This document shows positions 36,232 to 44,781 of a stretch of 44,781 nucleotides of DNA, piece by piece; position 1 is the first letter of the stretch, and each line of letters begins with the position of its first letter. The notes beneath the pieces were generated by a model. It was given only the letters and a program-made list of their open reading frames with translations. It had not been told where the DNA came from and did not search any database. Both the position numbers and the translations under genes were made by a program. Source of the DNA: an uncultured Algimonas sp. (GTDB taxonomy: Bacteria > Pseudomonadota > Alphaproteobacteria > Caulobacterales > Maricaulaceae); the NCBI GenBank assembly GCA_964460585.1, contig CAYWSI010000001.1, positions 1-44,781 of the forward strand. The letters run 5' to 3'.

Positions 36232-37223
36232 TTCACCATCTCGATGATAGGATGCAGCAAACGCCTTAGGGTCAGCTCATCTTCAAAGACAACGGAGACA
36301 GGCCAAATTTGTACGCCTTTGCGGTAGCCTTTGGGCAGGCGCACATAATCTTTTTCCGTCGTAATCAATCCCGCTTCCATTTCAGAGGCGAGCATGAAAA
36401 GGCTCTCAATATCCGCATCTTTATATTTATAATGATCGGCGAAACTATTTGTCTCAACAACATTAGCGCCCGAACGGTTGAGACTGTCGAAAAACTTCTC
36501 AGGACGGCCAATCCCTGCAAAAGCATAGAGCTTGCCTTTCGGCGCTTTGAGGCGCGGCGCGAGATAGGCGGGTATCACGACTTGACCTTTGAGCTGATCG
36601 CGAAGGGTTTTTGAAATTTCAAATTCCGCTGTGGGTTTCATCAGGATAACCGCGTCCGTGCGGTCTAACGCTGCGCCTAAATCTTCGCGCAAAGGACCGG
36701 CCGGAAAGACGCAGCCATTCCCAAATCCAACCTCGGCATCAACGACTAAGAGTGATAGCGTTTTTTCAAGGCTTGGGTTTTGATGCCCATCATCCATGAT
36801 GATGACTTTCGCCCCGTTAGACACCGCCGTCAGTGCGCCTTCATCCCGTCCTGCCGCGACCCACACGGGGCCGTGCCGCCGGAGCAAAAGCGGTTCATCT
36901 CCGACATCTGCCGCCGTGTGATCAGGGTCCACAGCCATTGGACCTTTTTCGCGCCCGCCATAGCCGCGCGATAATCCGTGGGCTTGCACGCCGAGGCGTT
37001 GCATGGATTGGAGGAGGTAGGAGACAACGGGCGTTTTTCCTGTACCGCCCAATGTCGCATTGCCGACGCAAATCACGGGCACGCCTGCATCAACGGGTTC
37101 CGTAGTCTGGAGGCGATGCGCCGCCGCTTTCGCATAGAGCCAGCCCAAGGGCCGCAAGACTGTGCGAAGCGCGGTTTTGGCTTCAGGGCCAGTGCGATGA
37201 TTCCAAAAATCGGGGGCCTTCAT
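36228..37223 (-). CDS. lpxK: Tetraacyldisaccharide 4'-kinase
   Basis: VGN...GGTGKTP, SRGYG, GDEPLL, MDDG.Q, PAGPLRE, TTEKD. Confidence 0.96.
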   Translation of the reverse strand: MKAPDFWNHRTGPEAKTALRTVLRPLGWLYAKAAAHRLQTTEPVDAGVPVICVGNATLGGTGKTPVVSYLLQSMQRLGVQAHGLSRGYGGREKGPMAVDPDHTAADVGDEPLLLRRHGPVWVAAGRDEGALTAVSNGAKVIIMDDGHQNPSLEKTLSLLVVDAEVGFGNGCVFPAGPLREDLGAALDRTDAVILMKPTAEFEISKTLRDQLKGQVVIPAYLAPRLKAPKGKLYAFAGIGRPEKFFDSLNRSGANVVETNSFADHYKYKDADIESLFMLASEMEAGLITTEKDYVRLPKGYRKGVQIWPVSVVFEDELTLRRLLHPIIEMVK

Positions 37224-38476
37224 AGCAGCGCCCGCAATCTGGCCAGTGTATAGGCGAGGACGCCTTCGCTTTCTTCGGCCAATAATTTTGCGCGGCCCGC
37301 CATTTGCCGTGCAGCTATTGGGTCTTTCAACAAAGCCATGACGGATTTTTCTAATTTCTTTGCGGATGTCACGCGCATGGCGGCCTTATGATTGAAGAAC
37401 TCGGTATATAGGTCGGTAAAGCTTGCAACGTGAGGGCCTGTCAAGATGGGGACACCCGCGCGGGCAGGTTCAAGCGGATTATGTCCCATCAGGCTGTCAT
37501 GCAAAGACCCGCCGACAAAGGCGATTTGCGCGAGGTCTAGGGCGAGTCCCATTTCGCCTAATGTATCCATGATATAGATGGATGTTGTGTCGGTTGGCAG
37601 CTCGCCTCTTGACCGTATAGCAATCTCGTGCTCGGCGCAGAGTTCCACAATTTCAGCTCCGCGTTCGGGATGGCGCGGCACCCAAATAAGTAAAGCATCC
37701 GCCCTGCGCCCGGGGCCAGAGATATGCGCCTCTAATATCGCGGCTTCTTCTGGGCCATGAGTGCTGGCGGCGAGCCAGACAGGTCGATGGCCGATGGCAT
37801 TTTTTAATCTGGCGGAATCTTTGGCGTCAAATTCCAAAGCTGGCGCAGCCGTTTTCAAATTACCGATTTGGGAGACGACATTGCCGCCTAAAAATTTAAG
37901 GGCATTATGGGTCAGCGTGTCGGCGGGTAGGATAATGTCAAATTTTGAGAAAATCTGACGGGCGAAGCGGCGTTTCTTGCGCCAGCGGTCAACGGAGTTC
38001 TGGCTCATCCGTGCATTGATGAGGGCCATTTTCGCGCGGCTCTTTTTTGTTTGCAGCACGAGGTTTGGCCAAATTTCGCTCTCGGCCCACACCGCGAGGT
38101 CAGGCTGCCAATGGGTCAGAAAACGCGCGACAAAATTAGGACCGTCCAAAGGCACCATTTGGTGAAAGGCACGGGGCGGCAGCCGCTCTGCCATCATTCT
38201 GGCCGAAGTCATTGTCCCGCTTGTGACAAGAATATGTAGGGTCGGATCATCCTCCAACATGCGCTCGATGAGCGGGAGCAGCATAGAGGTTTCGCCGACG
38301 CTCGCGCCGTGCATCCAAACTAAGGTTCCACTAGGCCGAGACATTGAGGCTATGCCCTTGCGCTCGCCAATGCGGGTTTCATCTTCTTTGCCAGATTTTA
38401 CCCGCCGCTGTAGGATGAACCCCGCGAAGGGCTCCAATATCAGCATCAAGCGTCGATATGCCGAGGCCCAACTCAT
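37220..38476 (-). CDS. waaA: Kdo transferase
   Basis: W.HGASVGE, ESEIWP, NARMS, ASTH, PRHPER, DT.GEM, GHNPLEP. Confidence 0.95.
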   Translation of the reverse strand: MSWASAYRRLMLILEPFAGFILQRRVKSGKEDETRIGERKGIASMSRPSGTLVWMHGASVGETSMLLPLIERMLEDDPTLHILVTSGTMTSARMMAERLPPRAFHQMVPLDGPNFVARFLTHWQPDLAVWAESEIWPNLVLQTKKSRAKMALINARMSQNSVDRWRKKRRFARQIFSKFDIILPADTLTHNALKFLGGNVVSQIGNLKTAAPALEFDAKDSARLKNAIGHRPVWLAASTHGPEEAAILEAHISGPGRRADALLIWVPRHPERGAEIVELCAEHEIAIRSRGELPTDTTSIYIMDTLGEMGLALDLAQIAFVGGSLHDSLMGHNPLEPARAGVPILTGPHVASFTDLYTEFFNHKAAMRVTSAKKLEKSVMALLKDPIAARQMAGRAKLLAEESEGVLAYTLARLRALL

Positions 38477-39177
38477 GCTGGCTCCACCGCGTCATGGCCG
38501 AGTTCAGTGTCGGCTTCGGCGAGCAAATCATTCATCTCTGTCTCAATGCTCAGGCGAATAGCATCTAAATCCGCGTCGGCTGTCTCAGGCGACACTATAA
38601 TGGGCGAGCCCCAAAGAATGAGACCTTTGCCAAAAAGCTTGGGCAGGACAAATCGGTCCCAGCTGTCGAATTGCTTGCGGCGGGCAACGGCAAAGGTGCA
38701 GGGCATAATCGGCGCACCTGTTGCGCGGGAGAGGCGCAGCGGCCCCTCGCCGAGGCGTTGACGCGGCCCGCGCGGTCCGTCCGGCGTCACCACGACGCAT
38801 CCGCCAGACCGGAGTGCGGTGAGCGCCGCCGCCGCCGCCGCATCGCCGCCTTTATATTTCCCTTTTTTGGGACGGCTACCGCGAATTGTCTTGAGGCCTA
38901 ACGCTTTGCAGGTCGCAGCCACGACTGCACCGTCGCGTGAGCGCGAAATCATGACATAGGGGTCCAGCTCATCGGCTTCCCAAGCTGCGCTCAACATTAG
39001 AAAACGCGAATGCCATGTCAGCGCAATCACGCCGTCGCCGCTGCCGAGGATATGAGCGACTCGCTCTGTATAACGAAACTCCCAACGCGTTGTGCGTTTG
39101 ATGAGCCGCATATATTGGGCCACGGACCATCCTAATGTGGATTGAACGCCGGGGCGCCGCAAAAGACGTTTGAACAC
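38473..39177 (-). CDS. DUF374 acyltransferase (LpxJ-like)
   Basis: WH.R, S.SRDG, IRGS, TPDGPRGP, SWDRF..P; GTG 39177 with SD GGGAGG. Confidence 0.85.
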   Translation of the reverse strand: MFKRLLRRPGVQSTLGWSVAQYMRLIKRTTRWEFRYTERVAHILGSGDGVIALTWHSRFLMLSAAWEADELDPYVMISRSRDGAVVAATCKALGLKTIRGSRPKKGKYKGGDAAAAAALTALRSGGCVVVTPDGPRGPRQRLGEGPLRLSRATGAPIMPCTFAVARRKQFDSWDRFVLPKLFGKGLILWGSPIIVSPETADADLDAIRLSIETEMNDLLAEADTELGHDAVEPA

Positions 39178-39205
39178 GCGCGGCCTCCCTGTTAGCCGTT
39201 TCCAT

Positions 39206-39883
39206 ATGACTGACCTAAGCGATACGCCGCTGGACCTCAATAACCCGCGCCATAGGAAACAGGCGCGCCGTGAGCTAATTTGGGGTGACCACGGCTTTTT
39301 ACGCCTGCGTTTCTCTAATCGGCATGAGCTTGGCGGCGGCATGTACCGTGAGAACCAACCTTCGCCGAAGCGGATTGCGCAGTTTGCGAAAGAGGGCATT
39401 AAAACGGTCTTGAACCTGCGCGGCACGTCGCCCAAGGGCTATTACCTGCTCGAAAAGGAAGCTTGCGAAAAACATGGCATCACCCTCATCGATTTTCGCG
39501 TCTATTCGCGGGACGTCCATTCGGTCGAAACGATTAAAGGCGCGAAGGCATTATTTGAAGCGCTCGAATACCCCGCCGTGATGCACTGCAAATCTGGCGC
39601 CGACCGCACGGGGTTTATGGGCGTGCTCTATCGGCATTTTCATATGGGCGACACGCTCGCACAGGCCTTGGAGCGTGAGCTGACATTGAAAAAACTACAT
39701 GTGCGGCAGGGCAAGACAGGTATGCTCGATTATTTCTTTGAAGATTATCTGCGCTATGCTGAGAAAAATGATATAAGCTTTATGGAGTGGGTTGAGACGG
39801 TCTACGAGCCTATTGATGTGAAAGCCCGCTTTATGGAACAATGGAGCGGCAATCCGATTACTGAGATTTTACGGCGGGAGTAG
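39206..39883 (+). CDS. Tyrosine/dual-specificity phosphatase family (CtpA-like)
   Basis: HCKSGADRTG P-loop, DHGFLR...N.H, NLRG; located within the lipid A cluster. Confidence 0.85.
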   Translation: MTDLSDTPLDLNNPRHRKQARRELIWGDHGFLRLRFSNRHELGGGMYRENQPSPKRIAQFAKEGIKTVLNLRGTSPKGYYLLEKEACEKHGITLIDFRVYSRDVHSVETIKGAKALFEALEYPAVMHCKSGADRTGFMGVLYRHFHMGDTLAQALERELTLKKLHVRQGKTGMLDYFFEDYLRYAEKNDISFMEWVETVYEPIDVKARFMEQWSGNPITEILRRE

Positions 39884-39888
39884 TGACG

Positions 39889-40056
39889 ATGGAAATTTTG
39901 GTCATTTATTGGATTATTTTTTGGAGTGCTATTTTGCTCCTTTTCTGTGTGTCGGCACGCGCTGGGGCCGCTGAACGAATTCGGAAGGATGAGAAATATT
40001 CTTTCAAGAGATTATACCAAAACCTGCCGGACCGGGCAGCGCAACAACGGATCTAA
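39889..40056 (+). CDS. Small 55-aa single-pass membrane protein (not in the ORF track)
   Basis: MEILVIYWIIFWSAILLLFCVSARAGAAERIRKDEKYSFKRLYQNLPDRAAQQRI; SD GGGAG 8 nt upstream; fills the gap between two stop codons. Confidence 0.55.
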   Translation: MEILVIYWIIFWSAILLLFCVSARAGAAERIRKDEKYSFKRLYQNLPDRAAQQRI

Positions 40057-40057
40057 T

Positions 40058-41806
40058 TTAGATTTGCGCTTGTTTCAGATTTGCATAAACTCCGCCGCGC
40101 TTTTGTAGCTGCGTATCTGTTCCGCTTTCCACAACACGTCCACCGTCAATGACGTAAATCTTATCCGCATTTTGGATGGTCGCGAGGCGATGCGTGATGA
40201 CTAGGGTGGTGCGGCCTTGGCTCAATGTTTCTAGCGCAGCTTGAACTTTGGCTTCGCTTTCAGTGTCGAGAGCAGAGGTCGCCTCATCCAGAAGCAGGAT
40301 AGGGGCGTCGCGTAATACGGCGCGAGCGATGGAGAGCCTTTGTCTTTGCCCGCCCGAAAGGCCTGTGCCGTCTTCCCCTAAAACCGTGTCATAACCGTCT
40401 GGCAATTCGGAAATAAACCCATGCGCATCGGCAGATTTCGCGGCTTGTATAATTGCGGCCCGCGTTGCGCCTAAATCCCCCAAACCGATATTGGCAGCGA
40501 TGGTGTCATTGAACAAAACGGCCTCTTGAGAGACCACGGCGATTTGTTTGCGTAAGGAAGCTTGGTTGACCTCGCGTACATCTTGTCCGTCAATGCGGAC
40601 ACTGCCATCGCTCACATCATAAAGCCGCGGAATGAGATGCATGATGGTTGACTTACCGCCGCCCGACGGCCCGACGAGCGCGGTGGTTTTCCCTGGCGCG
40701 GCAGTCAGGGAAAGCGCGCTCAAAGCTTGCGTGCCGTCAGCATAGGTAAACCCAACATCGATGAAATCAATCTGCCCCGCCGTTACCTCTAAATCTGTTG
40801 AAACAATGGCGTCTGTTAGTGTGGGTTCCGTATCGATGACATTGAAAATACGGCCAACTGAGCTGAGGCTTTCTTGGATCACATTATTTAATGTGCCGAG
40901 CGCGCGTAGGCGCGGGGCGAGGATAAGTAGCCCGCCCAATACCCCAGCGATTTGCCCGCCAGTGGCTGCACCTGTCCCAAATTGCCAGACACCGAAAATT
41001 ACAACGGCGGCAATCACAAGGCCGCCAACGACTTCAAGGATAGGGTCGACGCGAGCTTGTTGCGTGATGAGTTTGAGATAAAGCCGGATGCGGGTTTGGA
41101 AACTGGCGTTGAGGCGGCTTTGTTCATGAGCTTCTAGGCCGTAAGTTTTGACGAGCTGTGCCGCGCCGAGGCTTTCTTTTAACTCGGCGGTCATATGGCC
41201 AATATGTTCTTGTACCTCTTTGGCGCTGCCGCGCATGCGTTTCGAAATGGCGATAATGGGCAAAAGCGCGAGGCCGAAAATAGCCATGAAGACAGAGAGC
41301 TGCCAATTTAAATGCAGCATAACGGCGATGACAAAAATCACGCTCAAAAGGTCTTTGATAAGATTGCCGAGCACGCGCACAAGACCGGCGGAGACGACGC
41401 TGACATCATTTGTAAATTTGGCGATAAGCTCGCCCGTGGCTTCCGCTTCAGATTGGGCAAAATCACGCGCATGTGCGGCGCGCAGCATTTGCGTCTGCAT
41501 CTTGCCAACCGTGTTGAGGGCGATGGAATTTGTCAGAATGCGTTGAATATAGCCGCCAATACCTGAGGCCAAGGTCAAGCCTAAAATGACGGGCAGGATA
41601 ATCGCGGCGTAACGCTTGGCATTCTCGACGGCTCCGCCGCCGCTATCCAGCGCTGTAGCTGCGTCAATAATCAGCTGGATGAGATAAATATAACCCGCTG
41701 TCGCTGCCGCGAAAAGCGCCATGAAAAACACGGCAAAAAACAGCCGTGTTTTTTGAGGCCAGATATAGTCTCGCCAGAGCCGCGAAATGCGCTGGCGATC
41801 CGTCAT
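40058..41806 (-). CDS. msbA: Lipid A/LPS ABC exporter, MsbA-like
   Basis: TMD plus NBD (GPSGGGKS, LSGGQRQR, LLDEATSALD); ATG 41806; lipid A context. Confidence 0.85.
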   Translation of the reverse strand: MTDRQRISRLWRDYIWPQKTRLFFAVFFMALFAAATAGYIYLIQLIIDAATALDSGGGAVENAKRYAAIILPVILGLTLASGIGGYIQRILTNSIALNTVGKMQTQMLRAAHARDFAQSEAEATGELIAKFTNDVSVVSAGLVRVLGNLIKDLLSVIFVIAVMLHLNWQLSVFMAIFGLALLPIIAISKRMRGSAKEVQEHIGHMTAELKESLGAAQLVKTYGLEAHEQSRLNASFQTRIRLYLKLITQQARVDPILEVVGGLVIAAVVIFGVWQFGTGAATGGQIAGVLGGLLILAPRLRALGTLNNVIQESLSSVGRIFNVIDTEPTLTDAIVSTDLEVTAGQIDFIDVGFTYADGTQALSALSLTAAPGKTTALVGPSGGGKSTIMHLIPRLYDVSDGSVRIDGQDVREVNQASLRKQIAVVSQEAVLFNDTIAANIGLGDLGATRAAIIQAAKSADAHGFISELPDGYDTVLGEDGTGLSGGQRQRLSIARAVLRDAPILLLDEATSALDTESEAKVQAALETLSQGRTTLVITHRLATIQNADKIYVIDGGRVVESGTDTQLQKRGGVYANLKQAQI

Positions 41807-41810
41807 CTGT

Positions 41811-42908
41811 TTAGCCAATGATGCCGTCTCCATCTGGGTCAAGCAGATCATGGGCGTGAAGGACGAAATAACGCATATGCGCATTATCGACGGTGCGCTG
41901 CGCGGCTGATTTCCAAGCTTTGCGCGCTTCTTCGAAATTAGGATAGGCGCCGACAAAATCGATAGCACTCAAATCTTTGAACTCTGTCCGGTTTGGATCA
42001 ATCAACTCACCGCCAATTACGAGATGAAGCAGTTGGTCGGTTTTCGATTCTTCTTTGGATTTACGGTCTGACATAAGCGTTCCCAGAAATTTAAAATCTT
42101 GGCCCTTTGTGAATTGAGCCAAATGTGGTTTCACACGTTTCACTAACAAAGCGTGCAAGCGCGGGCCAGCACAAATCACGCCTAGGCCTGACGTCATTTC
42201 AGTATCAAAATGTGGCGTTTTCCCACGAATGTCAGAGACAATCGCGCCCGATTCTGTGGCAATGAGCGCTGCTGCCGCGACATCCCAATCGGATTTTGGC
42301 GTAAAGGCGACGGTTGCATCTGCCTCTGCGCTCGCGACAAGGCACATACGGTAGGCCATAGAATTGGCGACCGTGACCACCATCTCGGGAAAGTCGAGAC
42401 GGCGAAATTTACGCGGATATCCTATCATACGGATGCCTTCGATTTTATCGGGGTCGGAGGTTTTGAGGTTCTTTCCATTTAGCTTAGCCCCCCCGCCGAG
42501 GAAGGCCTCATATATTTCATCTTTCAAAGGATTGAAAACCACGCCCGCAATGGCTTTGCCTTTTTCAATGACGGCAATGCAAACGGCGAAATTAGGCGTT
42601 CGGTCGATAAAGGCACGCGTGCCGTCTATTGGGTCGACGACAAAACTGCGCGGACAGGCATGGCGCGAATTATCGTCTTTTGTCTCTTCGCTGAGCCATC
42701 CATAATTAGGACGCGCAGCTTGCAGGCTTTCTTCGAGGAAGTCATTCACCGCAATATCGGCTTCCGTAACCGGAGAGCTATCTTCTTTGTTCCATTGTTT
42801 GGAATCATTGGCGTCAAAAGCCGCTTTTGCAATCGCGCCTGCCTGCAGAACTACCTCACGGATAAGCGCAAGGTCTTCTTCGGGGTGGACGCAATTAGGA
42901 TCCAGCAA
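41811..42908 (-). CDS. cysQ: CysQ/inositol monophosphatase-family enzyme fused to DUF4170
   Basis: PVTEAD, LSEE, DPIDGT, WDVAA, then LLHLV.GGEL...W...AQRTVDNAHMRYF. Confidence 0.8.
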   Translation of the reverse strand: MLDPNCVHPEEDLALIREVVLQAGAIAKAAFDANDSKQWNKEDSSPVTEADIAVNDFLEESLQAARPNYGWLSEETKDDNSRHACPRSFVVDPIDGTRAFIDRTPNFAVCIAVIEKGKAIAGVVFNPLKDEIYEAFLGGGAKLNGKNLKTSDPDKIEGIRMIGYPRKFRRLDFPEMVVTVANSMAYRMCLVASAEADATVAFTPKSDWDVAAAALIATESGAIVSDIRGKTPHFDTEMTSGLGVICAGPRLHALLVKRVKPHLAQFTKGQDFKFLGTLMSDRKSKEESKTDQLLHLVIGGELIDPNRTEFKDLSAIDFVGAYPNFEEARKAWKSAAQRTVDNAHMRYFVLHAHDLLDPDGDGIIG

Positions 42909-44271
42909 GGGTCAAACCTTCGCAAAGCAGGCTAGGGGCATTTGTCGCGCTATCCATTTTCAGGTCACTGGCGGGCATCATGTTCTTATACATATTGCGC
43001 AAATTCCCCGCAATGGTCACTTCTGAGACAGGGAAGGCGCGTGCGCCATTTTCGATTTTAAAGCCTGAAACGCCAACGGAATAATCGCCCGTATTGGAGT
43101 TGAGGCTAGGTCCGAACATTTCTGAAATCAGGAAGCCTTCGGCAATCTCTTTCATGAGGGCTTCCGGCGATTTTTCGCCTGCGGCTATCCACGTATTTGT
43201 CGCAGAGACGCCGGGCGGTGAGCCTATGCCGCGCGTGCCGTGGCCTGTTGGCGTCAGGCCGAGTTGACGTGCACTGGACATATTGAGGAGCCAAGTCTGC
43301 AAAACGCCGTCTTTAATAATATGACGCTTTTTAACCGTCAGGCCTTCGCCGTCCCAAGGCCGTGACCCATCCCCGCGGGGCAATAAAGGGTCTTCTAAAA
43401 TTTGGATATGCGGCGCGAAAATAGTTTTGCCGAGATCGTCTTTTAAAAAGGACACGCCGCGGGTAATGGCCGGGCCAGAAATTGCGCCTAAGAGCGCAGA
43501 TAAGAGGCTACCCGCGACGCGTTCATCAAACATTATCGGCAAGGCAGCGGACGGAATTTGCCGCGCGCCTAATCGGGCGACGGCGCGGCGGCCCGCTTGC
43601 TGGCCAATTTTCTCTGGGTCGGGCAGGGCGTTGAAATAGCGAGTTGTCTCAAAATCATAATCGCGTTCCATACCGGCTTTGTCTTGGGCAATCGCCGAAA
43701 CAGACAAGCCGTGACGGGAAGCCCGCCAGCCATCTTTAAATCCGTGACTTGTCGCATAGGAAAAGGCGCTGGTGGACCAGCTCGCATTTGCGCCTTCGGC
43801 TTGGGTGACGCCCTCAATAGACAGAGCCGCCGCTTCTAACTCATGGGCGCGGGATTTTAATTGAACAGGATTCATTTCCGTCTCATCCCACACATCTAGC
43901 GTCTCCGCGCCGCGCGCCGCAGAGAGCAAATCCGCCTCTGGCAATCCGCAATAGGGATCTTCTGGCGCGAGCTTCGCCATAGCAACCGCGCGCTCCGCCA
44001 AAGCTTGAATGCTGGCAGAGGAGAGGTCAGATGAGGAGACGCAGGCTTGACGTTGTCCAATCATGACTCGCAAGCCAATGTCGCGGCCTTCGCTGCTTTC
44101 AACATCTTCCAGCGCGTTATCGCGGACCGCGATGCCAAGGCTGCGGCCATGTGTGGCCACGGCGTCGGCGCTTTCCGCGCCTGCTTCTTTGGCAGCTTTA
44201 AGTAACGCGTCTAAAGTTGGGAACAACGCCTGCGCTGTAATTGGGTCAGATTTCGGCAAAGGTTTGGTCAA
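42895..44271 (-). CDS. pmbA: TldD/PmbA family protein, PmbA (TldE)-like
   Basis: RDYD, SRPWDGEG, N.NTGDYS.G..GF, PV.E.TIAGNL; no HExxH seen. Confidence 0.88.
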   Translation of the reverse strand: MTKPLPKSDPITAQALFPTLDALLKAAKEAGAESADAVATHGRSLGIAVRDNALEDVESSEGRDIGLRVMIGQRQACVSSSDLSSASIQALAERAVAMAKLAPEDPYCGLPEADLLSAARGAETLDVWDETEMNPVQLKSRAHELEAAALSIEGVTQAEGANASWSTSAFSYATSHGFKDGWRASRHGLSVSAIAQDKAGMERDYDFETTRYFNALPDPEKIGQQAGRRAVARLGARQIPSAALPIMFDERVAGSLLSALLGAISGPAITRGVSFLKDDLGKTIFAPHIQILEDPLLPRGDGSRPWDGEGLTVKKRHIIKDGVLQTWLLNMSSARQLGLTPTGHGTRGIGSPPGVSATNTWIAAGEKSPEALMKEIAEGFLISEMFGPSLNSNTGDYSVGVSGFKIENGARAFPVSEVTIAGNLRNMYKNMMPASDLKMDSATNAPSLLCEGLTLAGS

Positions 44272-44274
44272 AAT

Positions 44275-44664
44275 TTAAACCGTAAAAATAAGAAAGAGAA
44301 GACAGCCCGCTTGTCCAAAATGCGTGAGCAGGGTCAGAAGCGTTCCGATAAGGCGGCCTTGTTTGAAGGCCTCTGCCATGCCCATTGCATGTAGAACACG
44401 GCCGATAAAAAAGGCAGCGCCAAACACATGTAAAATGATGGGATGTGCACTCAGCATGCCGAGCCCGATTAATCCGATTAGGGCGAGGGGCGCGTTTTCT
44501 GTAAAATTGGCATGCGCCCGCATGCGAGAGAGCAAAAGATCATTGCCGCCGTCACCCAAGAGGATGTTCTTCCTTATCCGAATTTGGCCAACGCGGTACA
44601 TGAGCACGGGTGTAAGTAAAAGATTGAGCGCGATATAGAGCGCTACAATTTGAAATAATGTCAT
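44275..44664 (-). CDS. MAPEG family membrane protein
   Basis: GDGG, R.RAHANF.E..P, GR..HA.G. Confidence 0.88.
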   Translation of the reverse strand: MTLFQIVALYIALNLLLTPVLMYRVGQIRIRKNILLGDGGNDLLLSRMRAHANFTENAPLALIGLIGLGMLSAHPIILHVFGAAFFIGRVLHAMGMAEAFKQGRLIGTLLTLLTHFGQAGCLLFLIFTV

Positions 44665-44692
44665 GTGGGGGTCTCGCTTTAAGGCAATGAAT

Positions 44693-44781
44693 TTACGTGT
44701 CTTGTGGGTCTAATTTTGCTGCATCCGCCAAGACTTTCCGGTGCGTGTCAGGCGTTTGCGCGCCTTGTACCGCCATTTGTC
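44693..44781 (-). CDS. C-terminal fragment of a probable DsbA/FrnE-family oxidoreductase
   Basis: ...QMAVQGAQTPDTHRKVLADAAKLDPQDT* resembles the V.GAQP end motif; only 28 aa visible. Confidence 0.4.
   Translation of the reverse strand, partial: QMAVQGAQTPDTHRKVLADAAKLDPQDT

Noticed and set aside
39178-39435. ORF-track N-terminal extensions (lpxJ-like to 39435; likewise msbA to 41968, M23 from 33559, chorismate mutase from 34536)
   Set aside because: They overlap real neighbouring genes; downstream starts with an SD, lipobox or tight gene spacing fit better.

Overview
Gene-dense chromosomal window (about 50% GC by eye) from a Caulobacterales-type alphaproteobacterium. A marine Hyphomonadaceae/Robiginitomaculaceae-like lineage is inferred from gene content only. 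Left end: the cell-cycle locus ctrA (partial) / fliJ-like / sciP / mnmA. No flagellar core genes are present there. Instead it holds an FlhG/MinD-like protein lacking its Walker A motif and a three-gene module (secreted six-EF-hand protein, ECF sigma, anti-sigma) with a CnrH-like promoter. Middle: dodecin, thiolase, a Tat-lipoprotein dienelactone hydrolase, SulP, phoR-phoB without pst/phoU, an RND tripartite pump followed by an M13 peptidase, an aldehyde dehydrogenase, a TonB-dependent receptor, an HfsK/CelD-like GNAT, a CDF exporter and a TerB-like gene interrupted by an in-frame TGA. Next come a DUF350/protease/extensin cluster, rlmN, xseA (C-terminal QADLF clamp-like motif), an M23 peptidase and chorismate mutase. 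Right end: a lipid A cluster (pmbA, cysQ::DUF4170 fusion, msbA, inverted ctpA-like phosphatase plus an unannotated 55-aa membrane ORF, lpxJ-like, waaA, lpxK, lpxL-like). No rRNA, tRNA, CRISPR, transposase or phage genes were seen. A small REP-like palindrome family, with one copy nested inside another, lies at 9147-9315. All calls come from motif recognition by eye; no searches were run.
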